A stretch of DNA of 64,000 nucleotides, taken from the NCBI GenBank assembly GCA_026003175.1, contig BPGT01000006.1:36025-100024 (forward strand), in the 5' to 3' direction. Numbering within the stretch: the stretch's first letter is position 1; every line of letters starts with the position of its first letter. Under the pieces are notes generated by a model that searched no databases, was not told the DNA's origin, and saw only the letters and a program-made list of their open reading frames with translations. This document shows, piece by piece, positions 44,130-54,199 of this stretch. The stretch is from Armatimonadota bacterium. Lineage in GTDB: Bacteria; Armatimonadota; HRBIN16. The translations under genes and the position numbers were made by a program.

Positions 44130-45254
44130 ATGCTTGCACCTACACCCCCTATGGGATGGAATAGCTGGAACACTTTTGGCGCGGATATTCATGAAGAGCT
44201 GATTCGGCAGGTTGCCGACGTGTTTGTGGAAGCCGGCTTGAAGGAAGCTGGTTATACGTACGTGGTGATTGACGACCTGTGGGAAGCGGATGATCGCGAC
44301 GAGAAAGGTCGCCTCGTGCCAGACCCCAGGAAATTCCCCAGCGGCATGAAGGCACTGGCAGACTACGTGCATAGCAAAGGGCTGAAGTTTGGCATCTACT
44401 CCTGCGCGGGCACGCACACCTGCGCGGGCAAACCTGCCAGCTATGGCTATGAGGAGATAGACGCCCAGACCTTCGCTGAATGGGGCGTGGACTACCTCAA
44501 GTACGACTACTGCTACAAACCGGCAGGCGTCGATGGCCCCTCCCTGTACAGGCGCATGGGGCAGGCGTTGCGGGCTACCGGCCGCCCTATCGTCTTCAGT
44601 CTGTGCGAGTGGGGAAGTAACGAGCCGTGGAAGTGGGGCGCGAGCGTAGGCGGACACCTGTGGCGCACCACTGGCGACATCAACGACTCGTGGGAGAGCA
44701 TCGAGCAGATAGGATTCAGCCAGAACGGGCTGGAGGCGTACGCCGGTCCGGACCACTGGAACGACCCCGATATGCTTGTGGTGGGTATGTACGGTAAGGG
44801 CAACGTGGCGCGAGGTGGCTGCACGGACAGCGAGTACCGCGTGCACTTTGCGTTGTGGTGCCTGCTTGCCGCACCGCTCATGATAGGCTGTGACGTGCGC
44901 CACATGAACGCCTTCACCCACCAGCTGCTCACCAACAAAGGGTTGATTGCCATCAACCAAGACCCACTGGGCAGGCAGGGCTTCCGCGTCGGACAGGAGT
45001 GGGACCACTTTGAGACGTGGATGAAACCATTGGCGGACGGCTCGGTGGCGGTGGGGCTGTTCAACCGTCATCAGAGCTGGCGGCGCGTGATTACCGCCCC
45101 CTGGGAATCGCTGGGTATCCATGACCGCCGTCCCTGCCGCGTGCAAAACGTGATTACGGGCGAGGACTACGGCGTGTATACCCGCTTCTTCGGTGCGCCC
45201 GTAGACCCGCACGACGTGGTGGTGGTGAAGATCACCCCGTTACGGGATGCGTGA
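44130..45254 (+). CDS. GH27 alpha-galactosidase
   Basis: Motifs PPMGWNSWN, VVIDDLW, LKFGIYSCAG, YLKYDYC and CEWG. Confidence 0.85.
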   Translation: MLAPTPPMGWNSWNTFGADIHEELIRQVADVFVEAGLKEAGYTYVVIDDLWEADDRDEKGRLVPDPRKFPSGMKALADYVHSKGLKFGIYSCAGTHTCAGKPASYGYEEIDAQTFAEWGVDYLKYDYCYKPAGVDGPSLYRRMGQALRATGRPIVFSLCEWGSNEPWKWGASVGGHLWRTTGDINDSWESIEQIGFSQNGLEAYAGPDHWNDPDMLVVGMYGKGNVARGGCTDSEYRVHFALWCLLAAPLMIGCDVRHMNAFTHQLLTNKGLIAINQDPLGRQGFRVGQEWDHFETWMKPLADGSVAVGLFNRHQSWRRVITAPWESLGIHDRRPCRVQNVITGEDYGVYTRFFGAPVDPHDVVVVKITPLRDA

Positions 45255-45426
45255 ACTGTTCCGGTGACTGGAGGTCAGCGAAACCACTGTTCACCCGACG
45301 ATCGCGCGGCATTATACTGGAGCTGTTCGTCATCCTCTGCCTGCGGCGACTCGAAAGGGTAGGGGTAGGCATTTCCCATCCTTCAGGGTATACTCGATTC
45401 AACCCTGGTGATAAGGAGATGGGATC

Positions 45427-46146
45427 GTGCGCTGTCTGCTAGACCTCACCGGCGAGAAACACTCGCAAGAGACACTGTACCGGCAGTTATCCTTTCCCCC
45501 TGCGCCTGCCGACCGCCCCTACGTGTTTCTCAATATGGTGAGCACGTTGGACGGCAAGATCACGCTGGGTGAACCGGGCGATACTGCCTCCGGTCTCGGT
45601 AGCCCGATGGACCAGGCGCTGATGAAGCGTTTGCAGCATAACGCTGAAGCGGTGCTCATCGGGGCAAGCACCCTCCGCGCGGGACACATCACCTATCCCC
45701 CTTCCCTGTGGCGGGCGGTGGTCACCACTGGTGGTAACGTCCCCGCCGATTCCCGCTTCTTCACCGAGGCACCCGGCAAAGCAGTGGTCTTCACCACCGA
45801 GCGGATGCCAGAGGAACAGCGCAAAACCCTGCAAGATGCAGCACATGTGGTGGTATGTGGGACAGATAGAGTGAACCTTCCGCGGGCGTTATCTTTCCTG
45901 CGTCTCCAGCTGGGCGTAGAGCGATTGCTGTGCGAAGGAGGTGGGGAGATAAACTTCGAAATGTTCGCTGCAGGGCTAATCGATGAATGGTTCCTGACCC
46001 TCGCACCGAAGGTCAAAGGGGGGCGCCATATCCCCACCACCGTAGAGGGCGCAGGGCTGCCACGTGAGCAGGTGGTGCGTATGCAACTGCTCTCGGTTTA
46101 CGAGCATGAAGGCGAGCTGTACCTGCGCTACCGGAGGCAGGAATGA
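45427..46146 (+). CDS. RibD C-terminal-domain / dihydrofolate-reductase-like reductase
   Basis: Motifs NMVSTLDGKI and LCEGGGEIN. GTG start 8 nt after AAGGAG. Confidence 0.65.
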   Translation: MRCLLDLTGEKHSQETLYRQLSFPPAPADRPYVFLNMVSTLDGKITLGEPGDTASGLGSPMDQALMKRLQHNAEAVLIGASTLRAGHITYPPSLWRAVVTTGGNVPADSRFFTEAPGKAVVFTTERMPEEQRKTLQDAAHVVVCGTDRVNLPRALSFLRLQLGVERLLCEGGGEINFEMFAAGLIDEWFLTLAPKVKGGRHIPTTVEGAGLPREQVVRMQLLSVYEHEGELYLRYRRQE

Positions 46147-46149
46147 GCC

Positions 46150-46521
46150 ATGCTACCCTCCGAGTTTCGCAAACTGGTAGAAGAAGCCATTGACTCGTTG
46201 CCCGAAGAAATCCTGCGCCACCTGAAAAACGTGGAGGTGCTGGTGGAATGGACTGCTCTGCCTGAACAACGACGCAAGGCGGGGCTGCGCCCCTGGGAGG
46301 ATCTGTTCGGGTTGTATGAGGGTGTGCCTCTTACCGAGCGAGGTGTCACCTCCGGCGAACCCCTCTTCCCCGACCGCATCACTATCTTCCAGCGACCGAT
46401 TGAACGGCGCTATCGTACGCCGGAGCGGATTCGCGATGCCATCCGTCGAACACTGATTCACGAAATCGCGCACCACTTCGGCATCAACGACGAGCGATTG
46501 CGCGAGCTGGGCGCATATTGA
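46150..46521 (+). CDS. small zincin-like metallopeptidase family protein (DUF1025-like)
   Basis: HExxH motif in LIHEIAHHFG; 123 aa. Confidence 0.6.
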   Translation: MLPSEFRKLVEEAIDSLPEEILRHLKNVEVLVEWTALPEQRRKAGLRPWEDLFGLYEGVPLTERGVTSGEPLFPDRITIFQRPIERRYRTPERIRDAIRRTLIHEIAHHFGINDERLRELGAY

Positions 46522-46535
46522 AAGGGGCGTTTTCC

Positions 46536-47363
46536 ATGCAACATGAACTTTTGCAAAGACTATCCGAGAAGGTACGTTCCGCCCCCGCCGAGGTAGGGCT
46601 GGCTGTACGCGGAGTGGATATAGACCTGCGCATCGATATCAACAGCATGGAGCCGTTCCGTTCCGCTAGCGTGATTAAGGTTCCTCTGCTTGCCGCCCTG
46701 TTCTGGCTGGGCGAGCGGGGCGAGCTGGATTGGCAAGAAACGCTTCCCCTGCGCGACAGCGACCGTACACCCGGTTCCGGCATCCTGCGCGAACTGCACG
46801 CCGGACTGGAGCTCACCCTGCACGACCTCGCGGTGCTGATGATTGTGCTCAGCGACAACACCGCAACCAACATGCTTATCGACCGCGCCGGAGTAGAGGC
46901 GGTGCAGCGGTTTCTGCATCTGCTGGGGTTTCACCACACCACCCTGCAGCGCAAAATGTACGATTTCGTCGCTGCCGAGCAGGGCAGGGAGAACGTCTGC
47001 AATGCCGCCGAGATAGCCGACCTGTTGAGGTGGATGGCGCAGGGCGAAATACGCGCTGTCGACGGTAGCCTGCTGGTCTCTTCAGCCGGTTGCGAGCAGA
47101 TGCTAAACATCATGCGCAAGCAGTTCTACCGGGACCAGATACCCGCACTATTGCCCGACGAGGCGAAGGTGGCGAACAAAACGGGCGAAATCAGCGGACA
47201 CCACCACGATTCGGCGGTGGTGTGGACGCCGGCGGGATGCTATGCCCTTGCGGTGCTCACGCGCGGTTTCGAGCATCGCCGGGTCGCCGCATCCTTTATC
47301 GCCGATCTGTCCTTGATGGTTTATCAGGTGGTATGTCATCAGAGGCAGGATTCCGCCTGTTAA
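46536..47363 (+). CDS. class A beta-lactamase-related serine hydrolase
   Basis: SxxK (SVIK), SDN (LSDNTATN) and KTG (NKTGE) motifs are present. ATG 46536 is preferred, and there is no obvious signal peptide. Confidence 0.7.
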   Translation: MQHELLQRLSEKVRSAPAEVGLAVRGVDIDLRIDINSMEPFRSASVIKVPLLAALFWLGERGELDWQETLPLRDSDRTPGSGILRELHAGLELTLHDLAVLMIVLSDNTATNMLIDRAGVEAVQRFLHLLGFHHTTLQRKMYDFVAAEQGRENVCNAAEIADLLRWMAQGEIRAVDGSLLVSSAGCEQMLNIMRKQFYRDQIPALLPDEAKVANKTGEISGHHHDSAVVWTPAGCYALAVLTRGFEHRRVAASFIADLSLMVYQVVCHQRQDSAC

Positions 47364-47500
47364 CAGAGAGAAACAAGTCCTGGTAGGGTTTCCACCAGGT
47401 TGGGAACAGCCGAGAAAGCAGTTGTGGGCATTCTGGGCACGGCGAAGAATCCCCGAGTGCTTCAATGGCATTGACAGATTTCCAAAGGAGGTAAGCGGAC

Positions 47501-48184
47501 ATGCGACGGATAGGCTTGTGGCTGTGGATAACGCTGTGGGTGTGCGCTGCTGCGCTCGCACAGCAACATAATACCCTTTCCCCACGCGAACAACGCTTTG
47601 GGTGGAAACTGCTCTTCAACGGCACCGATCTGTCCGGGTGGACCGTAGCGGACGCACAGGATGCCTGGCGTGTGGACGACGGTACCATCTACTGCACCGG
47701 CAGGGGGGGTGGCATGCTGTACTCCAACGAACAGTACAAGAACTTCGTGCTGCGCATCGATTTCAAGATGTCGCCCAACGCCAATAGCGGCGTCTTTGTG
47801 CGCATCTGGGACCGCAACGACCCGGTGAACACGGGCATGGAGATTCAGATTCTGGATAGCTACGGCAAACCCAATCCGGACAAACATGACTGCGGTGCGC
47901 TCTACGACATCGTGGCTCCGCTGAAAAACGTTGCTCGCCCCGCTGGTGAATGGAACAGCCTGAGCATCTGCTGCCGGGATAGCCACCTGATGGCGTTCAT
48001 GAACGGCGAGAAGATCGTGGACGTGGACCTGAGCCAGTGGACGGAACCGGGCAAGAACCCCGACGGCACGCCCAACAAGTTCAAATACGCCTACAAGGAG
48101 ATGGTCAAGCCGGGCTACATCGGATTGCAGAATCACGGGCACGAAGTATGGTTCCGCAACATCAAGATACGCCCGTTGTACTGA
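47501..48184 (+). CDS. secreted DUF1080 (3-keto-disaccharide hydrolase-like) protein
   Basis: A signal peptide is followed by GWKLLFNGTDLSGW, NSGVFVR and GYIGLQNHGHEVWFRNIKI. Confidence 0.8.
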   Translation: MRRIGLWLWITLWVCAAALAQQHNTLSPREQRFGWKLLFNGTDLSGWTVADAQDAWRVDDGTIYCTGRGGGMLYSNEQYKNFVLRIDFKMSPNANSGVFVRIWDRNDPVNTGMEIQILDSYGKPNPDKHDCGALYDIVAPLKNVARPAGEWNSLSICCRDSHLMAFMNGEKIVDVDLSQWTEPGKNPDGTPNKFKYAYKEMVKPGYIGLQNHGHEVWFRNIKIRPLY

Positions 48185-48208
48185 CCTCTGTAGCCGTTCA
48201 GGGTGACG

Positions 48209-48255
48209 CTCCGTCGTGACCGTCCCATCGGACGCGACGGAGTGTACCCCTTTCA
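48209..48255 (+). terminator. possible rho-independent terminator after the DUF1080 gene
   Basis: CTCCGTCG..GTCCcatcGGAC..CGACGGAG followed by tgtaccccTTTCATT. Confidence 0.4.
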
Positions 48256-48414
48256 TTGCATCCGTGGCTTCAGACGGTTGCGTTTCGCTATGACCACCAG
48301 CGCCGGACGCAACCGAGCAGGGTGAGGGTCAGGTGTTATTTGTGTCCTCCAAATCGGGTACAATAACAACAACGTTAGCCGCGCTCGCGCGGAAAGAAGG
48401 AGAATCGCCAAATC

Positions 48415-50670
48415 ATGCAACCTAATCGCCTCATCCACGAAAAAAGCCCATATCTCTTACAACATGCACACAACCCCGTGGACTGGTATCCCTGGGGCGA
48501 GGAGGCGTTTGAACGGGCGTTGCGCGAGAATAAGCCCGTCTTCCTCTCGGTTGGTTACTCTTCATGCCACTGGTGCCATGTGATGGAGCAGGAGAGCTTC
48601 GAGGATCCGCACATTGCCGACATCCTCAACCGCCATTTCGTGTGCATCAAGGTGGACCGTGAGGAGCGCCCCGATGTCGACGATATCTACATGACGGCGG
48701 TGCAGCTACTTGCCGGGCGAGGCGGGTGGCCCATGTCTGTGTTCCTCACCCCAGAAGGCGAGCCTTTTTTCGCCGGGACCTACTATCCGCCTGAAGTTTT
48801 CGCGCAAATAGCCCGCCAGCTCGCCGACGCTTACCAGAACCGTCACGACGAGGTGTTACAGTCCGCCCACGAGATTGCTACGGTGATACAGCAAGTTGCC
48901 GCCGCTCGCTACGAGCAGATGGAAGGCGAACCAGACCCGCGCATCGTGGGCAACTACCTGCAACAGATGCGCGAGCATTTCGATTCGGTGCACGGTGGTT
49001 TCGGCAATGCGCCTAAATTTCCCCCAAATACCGCCTTCCCGGTGCTCTTCTGGCTGGCGGAAAACCTGAATAGTGAGCATGCCCTGCAGATGGCTCTGCG
49101 CACGCTGGACGCGATGGCTCTGGGCGGAATCCGCGACCATATTGGGGGAGGCTTCCACCGCTACTCCACCGACGCCGAATGGCTGCTGCCACATTTTGAA
49201 AAGATGCTGACCGACAACGCACAGCTGGGCTGGGCTTATACCGAAGCGTATAGCCTGACCGGAAACGGTGACTATGCTGAAGTGGCTCACGAACTGTACG
49301 CATGGGTGCTGCGCGAGATGCGTGTGGAGGGCGGTGCGTTCGCCAGCGCCATAGATGCCGACAGCGAAGGCGAAGAAGGCAAATACTACACCTGGACGCT
49401 TGGCGAGGTCCGTCAGGTGCTGCCCCCTGCTCTGGCGGATCTGTTCTGCAACGTGTACAGCATCCGTGCCGATGGCAACTATCGCGAAGAAGCTACCAGA
49501 CAGCCAACAGGCAGAAACATCCCGCACCTGCACGCCCCGCTCCACGAGATTGCTGCCGAACTGGGGATGGCACCCATCGAGTTGAGCAGCAAGATAAAAA
49601 CCGCCCGCGAGATGCTGCTGCAGGCACGTTTGCAGCGTGTGTCTCCCCTGCGCGATGATAAGGTGCTGGCAGGATGGAACGGGCTGATGATAGAAAGCCT
49701 CGCGTACGCCGGGCTGGTGCTCGGAAAAGAGGAGTACATACAGGCAGCAGAGGAAGCCGCACGCTTTATCATGGAAAAAATGATAGATGGCGAAGGGCGT
49801 CTGCTAAGGCGATACCGCGACGGTGAGGCGGCGATACCCGCCTACCTGGAGGACTATGCCCTTCTGGGGGCGGGGCTACTGCAGCTGTTCGAAGCCACCG
49901 AAGACGAGAACTGGCTGACAGAGGCAAAGCGACTGGCGAACCGTGCCATCGCCGATTTCTGGGATGAGCAACATCAGGCGTTTGTGAACACCGCCGACTA
50001 TCACGAAAGGCTGATTGCCCGTGTGAAAGAGGTGCACGACCGCTCCACCCCCTGCGGAAACGGCGCGATAGCGCGTTTGCTGGCGAAGCTGTATGGGGTG
50101 ACGGGAGAGGAGAACTACGGCTACTTCGTCTACCGCACCTTGCGTTCGCTGTGGGCACCCATTCAGAAGTACCCGCAGGGTTCAGATAGCCTGATCCATG
50201 CGCTACTGCTGCTCGCCGGTGACGAACTGGAAGAGGTCCCCGAGGTGGAAGAGGCACAGCCCGCGGTGCCTGCCTCCGGACTACCAGTCAACGTGGATAT
50301 GCACATCATGAAGGGCGGCGTGATGGTGCGTTTCCTCATGGAGCGCGGGTGGCACATCAACGGTGCAGAGGGCGTCCCTGAGGGACTGGTTCCCACTCGC
50401 ATCGAGATGTCCAGTACCCTGCCGCTGATATTCGGCGAGCCGATGTTCCCCCCGCCCGACACCCTGCAGGCGAGCGAATCGACACAGCCAATACCCGTCT
50501 ACCGCGGCGAACTGCGCGTGGTGGTGCCGGTCATCGGTATCGGCGAGGTTACCGAGGATACCGGTGAGATTCGCGCCCGCGTCACCTGCCAGCCCTGCAC
50601 CGACACCGAATGTGCCCTGCCTCAAACGGTGGAACTGGTGGAGCAGGTGCGCCTGCAGTTACGCGGTTGA
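48415..50670 (+). CDS. thioredoxin-domain protein, YyaL/DUF255 family
   Basis: The N-terminus is [38 protein letters not shown]. Confidence 0.85.
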   Translation: MQPNRLIHEKSPYLLQHAHNPVDWYPWGEEAFERALRENKPVFLSVGYSSCHWCHVMEQESFEDPHIADILNRHFVCIKVDREERPDVDDIYMTAVQLLAGRGGWPMSVFLTPEGEPFFAGTYYPPEVFAQIARQLADAYQNRHDEVLQSAHEIATVIQQVAAARYEQMEGEPDPRIVGNYLQQMREHFDSVHGGFGNAPKFPPNTAFPVLFWLAENLNSEHALQMALRTLDAMALGGIRDHIGGGFHRYSTDAEWLLPHFEKMLTDNAQLGWAYTEAYSLTGNGDYAEVAHELYAWVLREMRVEGGAFASAIDADSEGEEGKYYTWTLGEVRQVLPPALADLFCNVYSIRADGNYREEATRQPTGRNIPHLHAPLHEIAAELGMAPIELSSKIKTAREMLLQARLQRVSPLRDDKVLAGWNGLMIESLAYAGLVLGKEEYIQAAEEAARFIMEKMIDGEGRLLRRYRDGEAAIPAYLEDYALLGAGLLQLFEATEDENWLTEAKRLANRAIADFWDEQHQAFVNTADYHERLIARVKEVHDRSTPCGNGAIARLLAKLYGVTGEENYGYFVYRTLRSLWAPIQKYPQGSDSLIHALLLLAGDELEEVPEVEEAQPAVPASGLPVNVDMHIMKGGVMVRFLMERGWHINGAEGVPEGLVPTRIEMSSTLPLIFGEPMFPPPDTLQASESTQPIPVYRGELRVVVPVIGIGEVTEDTGEIRARVTCQPCTDTECALPQTVELVEQVRLQLRG

Positions 50671-50844
50671 CATCACCTCTGTAAATATGGAATACTGCTT
50701 CCGAAAGGAGGTGGTGCCCTATGGCAGATCAACGAGGTGATTCTGAGGGCTAGGCTGTTTTAGCCCGGTCTGCCATGAACGGTGTGGCGAACCGTTTTAG
50801 CAGGGGGGTTATGAACAGCCGCCCTGGCTCGCCAGCCGACTTTT

Positions 50845-50878
50845 AGCGGGGCGTGAGCCCCGCTTATCCCATCTTTTG
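50845..50878 (+). terminator. possible terminator hairpin in the convergent spacer, overlapping the hemH stop
   Basis: AGCGGGGC-gtga-GCCCCGCT followed by tatcccatcTTTT on the + strand. On the - strand the hairpin is followed by an A-run, so it is assigned to the + strand. Confidence 0.35.
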
Positions 50879-51778
50879 TATCACTACGTCTGCTACTGCC
50901 TCCGCCATCAGCGGGTCGTCGTTCAGCGAAGCAGCACGACGATATTGCAATCCTAAAGCCTCACACTTCTGGCGCGCCTCCACATCCAAATCGTATAGCA
51001 CTTCCAGATGGTCTGCCACAAAACCGATGGCGCAGCACAGCACCTGCTTCTGTAACCGTTCGCTGGCTATCTCCTCCAGACGCTCCAGAATATCTGGTCC
51101 CAACCATGGTTCGCCAGTGCTGCTCGCGCTCTGATAGGCGAACGTCCAGTAAGGCAGGTTCAGCTTTTGTGCCACCAGCTGCGCACTCTCCAGCAGCTCG
51201 CGCTCGTAAGGGTCGTTCCATTGGCGGATACGTGTAGGCAGGCTATGTGCGCTAAAGACCACCATCGTCTGCTCCGGGTGCCAACCTTCCATCGCCTCAT
51301 GTATCCTGCGGGCAACCGCTTCGACAAAGAGGGGATGATTGCCCCATCGCTCCACAAAGCGTAGCTCCATCTGTGGGGAGAACCGTTCTCGTGCTTGCAG
51401 CGCGTAGTCCACATATCCGCCAATGCTCAGTCGCGAGTAATGCGGCGCAAGCACCACACCTACCGCCCTCTGCACACCATCTTTCGCCATCTGCTCTACT
51501 GCCTCTGCAATAAAGGGATGCCAGTGTTTCATACCCACGTATATCCTGCCGTCCCACTCTCGCTGACGCAGGGCTTTCTCCACCGCTCGCACTTGCTTCT
51601 CGGTGATTTCGTTCAGCGGTGAAACGCCGCCGATGGCTTCGTATCTGCGAACGAGGTCTTGCAGTTGCTGCGGTGAAGGGGATCTGCCCCGGCGAATGTG
51701 GGTATAGTAAGGTTCTACCTCTTCCAGTGTGCGCGGCGTGCCATACGCCATTACCAACACATCCCAGCTCTGTGCCAC
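50864..51778 (-). CDS. hemH: ferrochelatase
   Basis: Motifs LVMAYGTP, SPLNEIT and FSAHSLP. Confidence 0.85.
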   Translation of the reverse strand: MAQSWDVLVMAYGTPRTLEEVEPYYTHIRRGRSPSPQQLQDLVRRYEAIGGVSPLNEITEKQVRAVEKALRQREWDGRIYVGMKHWHPFIAEAVEQMAKDGVQRAVGVVLAPHYSRLSIGGYVDYALQARERFSPQMELRFVERWGNHPLFVEAVARRIHEAMEGWHPEQTMVVFSAHSLPTRIRQWNDPYERELLESAQLVAQKLNLPYWTFAYQSASSTGEPWLGPDILERLEEIASERLQKQVLCCAIGFVADHLEVLYDLDVEARQKCEALGLQYRRAASLNDDPLMAEAVADVVIQKMG

Positions 51779-51800
51779 GGTTGCCTCCGGTTCGGTTTTT

Positions 51801-52083
51801 TTATGTCATCGTTTCGGGGTCTATGCCCAGTTCGCGCAGGCGTTGAGCCAGTTCTCTGCCCGCCGCCGTTCCTGCTCCGTCTCCACGCTGTGCCCACTCC
51901 AGTCGCAATCGCTCCTGTTCGAGCGCATCTTGCGTTTGCTTATAACGACGCCGCAGTTCCACATACGGCGGGATACCACAACAAGTCCGCCGCCACGAAC
52001 ACGTCTTCACGGTCAGCGAAAAGGGCGCAAAGGTTGTCGTAGAGGTATACGATGACCTCCAGCTGCTTTGTATTATCCGCCAT
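51801..52083 (-). pseudogene. Uma2(DUF820)-family endonuclease remnant (N-terminus + C-terminal coiled tail, core deleted, frameshifted)
   Basis: From ATG 52083 the frame reads MADNTKQLEVIVYLYDNLCALFADREDVFVAADLLWYP, then stops. The -1 frame continues YVELRRRYKQTQDALEQERLRLEWAQ..LAQRLRELGIDPE, a typical Uma2 C-terminal tail. Confidence 0.45.
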
Positions 52084-52403
52084 GGGTTTGCCGTCGGACT
52101 CCGGATAGGTGATTTCTCTGGAAAACCCGCTGCACTGCCATCTTGCCTCACTGCTCTATTATAGCAGATTCGGTGTCAGACGCTACCTTCCCCATCTCAG
52201 CCATACTTGCCCCATCCGTTCGGCTCCCGCACGCAGGTTGACCGCTACCCCGTCCAGCAACGTCAGAAACAGCACCGCCTCGCCGTTGCCGGAATCAATA
52301 AGGAAGGAGTTCTGCACGCCTCGTGTGCGCTCTATCCTCAAAACGCCTGCTGCGGTTTCCACGCTCAAAGGAGAATCTCCCTCTCCCTGCTCCTCGCCAA
52401 GCC

Positions 52404-53315
52404 TCACGCCTTCAGTGCGCCGCTGGTGACGCCCTGCACAAAGGCGCGCATCCCTATCGCGAACAGCACAATCAGCGGCAGACTGCCTATCACGTACCCT
52501 GCCAGCGTGGGACCATAATCCAGATTGAACTCACCAGCGAAGCGCGTGACGCCAACGGTAAAGGTCTGCAAGCTGCTATCGCTGATAGTGACGAGAGGCC
52601 AGATGTAGTCGTTGTAGATGCCCAATGCTGTCATAATGGCGATGGTTGCCAGCGTGGGTAGGGAGAGGGGCAGGGCAAGGTGGCGATAAATCTGTACATC
52701 TCCTGCGCCATCCAGTCGCATCGCCTCGAACAGCTCGTCGGGCAAACTGGCGAAGAAGGTGCGACACAGCACCACGCCCAGCACCTGTCCGCCTGCGAGA
52801 TAGGGTAGAATCAACGCCCAGCGGGTGTTCAGCAACCCCATGCTTTGCACCAGCGCGTAGGTGGGTATGAGTGTGAGGATGCCTGGCACCACCAGCAAAG
52901 CCAGGATCAGCGCAAACACCCCATCGCGCCCGCGAAAGCTAAGCCGTGCCAGTGCATAGCCCGATAACGAGCTCAACAGCAGCACCCCGGGCACCACCAC
53001 GACCGTAACAATCAATGTATTGAGCAGATAGCCCTTCAGTGCAACGGCGGCGTCGCGGTAGAAATCCCACCGCACGGGCTGAGGCAATCCCCAGAAGCGG
53101 GTGAAGATGTCGGCATTGGTTTTTAGCGAGAGAAGAAGCATCATCGCGAGGGGCAGGAGCGACAGCGCTAGCAGGACAAGCAATGCTATCCAGCAGAGCA
53201 CTTCTGACAGGTGAGGACGACGTTTGGGACCTCTTCTCCCCGTGTTTGTAGTGCGCACTGCAGTGCGTCGAAGCAGGCGGGAGCCTGCACTACGATCATT
53301 GTGCGATGGTCTCAT
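52404..53315 (-). CDS. carbohydrate ABC transporter permease
   Basis: An EAA-loop-like DELFEAMRLDGAG and 6 TM helices are present. ATGA overlap with the upstream permease; ATG 53315 is preferred over 53831. Confidence 0.85.
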   Translation of the reverse strand: MRPSHNDRSAGSRLLRRTAVRTTNTGRRGPKRRPHLSEVLCWIALLVLLALSLLPLAMMLLLSLKTNADIFTRFWGLPQPVRWDFYRDAAVALKGYLLNTLIVTVVVVPGVLLLSSLSGYALARLSFRGRDGVFALILALLVVPGILTLIPTYALVQSMGLLNTRWALILPYLAGGQVLGVVLCRTFFASLPDELFEAMRLDGAGDVQIYRHLALPLSLPTLATIAIMTALGIYNDYIWPLVTISDSSLQTFTVGVTRFAGEFNLDYGPTLAGYVIGSLPLIVLFAIGMRAFVQGVTSGALKA

Positions 53316-54199
53316 GTCAGCCTTTCCAGCCTCCTGCCAAGAAGCAGATTCAACAGCGACAGCACGAATATCGCCACGAACAACGTTAAACCGATGGCGG
53401 CAGCATAGCCCAAGTGCCCGAAGCGGAACGCCTGAAAGTACATGTGCAGCGCGGGTACATGGGTTGCCAAGCCTGGTCCACCGCCCGTCAGAATCAGGAT
53501 GCTGCCGAAATCCTGTAGCGTGCCGATGAGCGTCAATATCACCAGCAGGCGCACCTGTGGTAGCAGCAAGGGCAAGTCCACGTACCACACCCGCCGCAGA
53601 CCGCTCACCCCGTCCACCTGGCATGAATCCCACACGTCGCCTGAAACTTGGTTCAGTCCGGCAAGGTAAATAAGCAGAGCCAATCCGCCCGCCCACGGGA
53701 AGCCGATACCGATAATCGCCCACAGCGCCGTGCCCGACTCGCCCAGCCACGAGCGAGCCAGCGCGCCCATGCCCACCGCTTCTAGCACCTGATTGAGCAA
53801 GCCCACACTGCCGTCGTAGATAAAGCTCCACAGCAACGTGGTCACCATACCCGGCACCACCATCGGCAAGATAAAGGCGGTGCGCAATACATATTGCCAG
53901 CGCGGCGAGCGCAGACTCATCAGCAGTTCCGCTACCAGCAGAGGCATGGTGAGCGTTTTCAGCACATTGGCTATCAGCAGGATGAACAGGTTGCGCAGGC
54001 TGAGGCGCAGGAACTCATCATGCCACATTGCTACAAAGTTGCCAATGCCAATCCATTGCGGGTCTTCGCCTGTCTCCCAGCGTGTGAAGGCACGCGACAA
54101 GCCCAGCACCGCCGGATAGTAGTTGAACATCGCCAGCAGTGCCAGTGTAGGACCCAGCATTAACACAACGACTGCTATAGAGGTGCGTCGTTTGCTCAT
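53312..54199 (-). CDS. sugar ABC transporter permease
   Basis: It has an MalF/UgpA-like topology, with QVDGVSGLRRVWYVDLP as the EAA-loop region. ATG 54199 makes an ATGA overlap with the SBP stop. Confidence 0.85.
   Translation of the reverse strand: MSKRRTSIAVVVLMLGPTLALLAMFNYYPAVLGLSRAFTRWETGEDPQWIGIGNFVAMWHDEFLRLSLRNLFILLIANVLKTLTMPLLVAELLMSLRSPRWQYVLRTAFILPMVVPGMVTTLLWSFIYDGSVGLLNQVLEAVGMGALARSWLGESGTALWAIIGIGFPWAGGLALLIYLAGLNQVSGDVWDSCQVDGVSGLRRVWYVDLPLLLPQVRLLVILTLIGTLQDFGSILILTGGGPGLATHVPALHMYFQAFRFGHLGYAAAIGLTLFVAIFVLSLLNLLLGRRLERLT

Noticed and set aside
45255-45426. FMN riboswitch or other leader upstream of the RibD_C-like gene
   Set aside because: I could not find the conserved FMN-element core or any extended conserved-looking multi-stem structure. 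I found only a weak promoter-like TAGGCA-17-TATACT (45366-45394).
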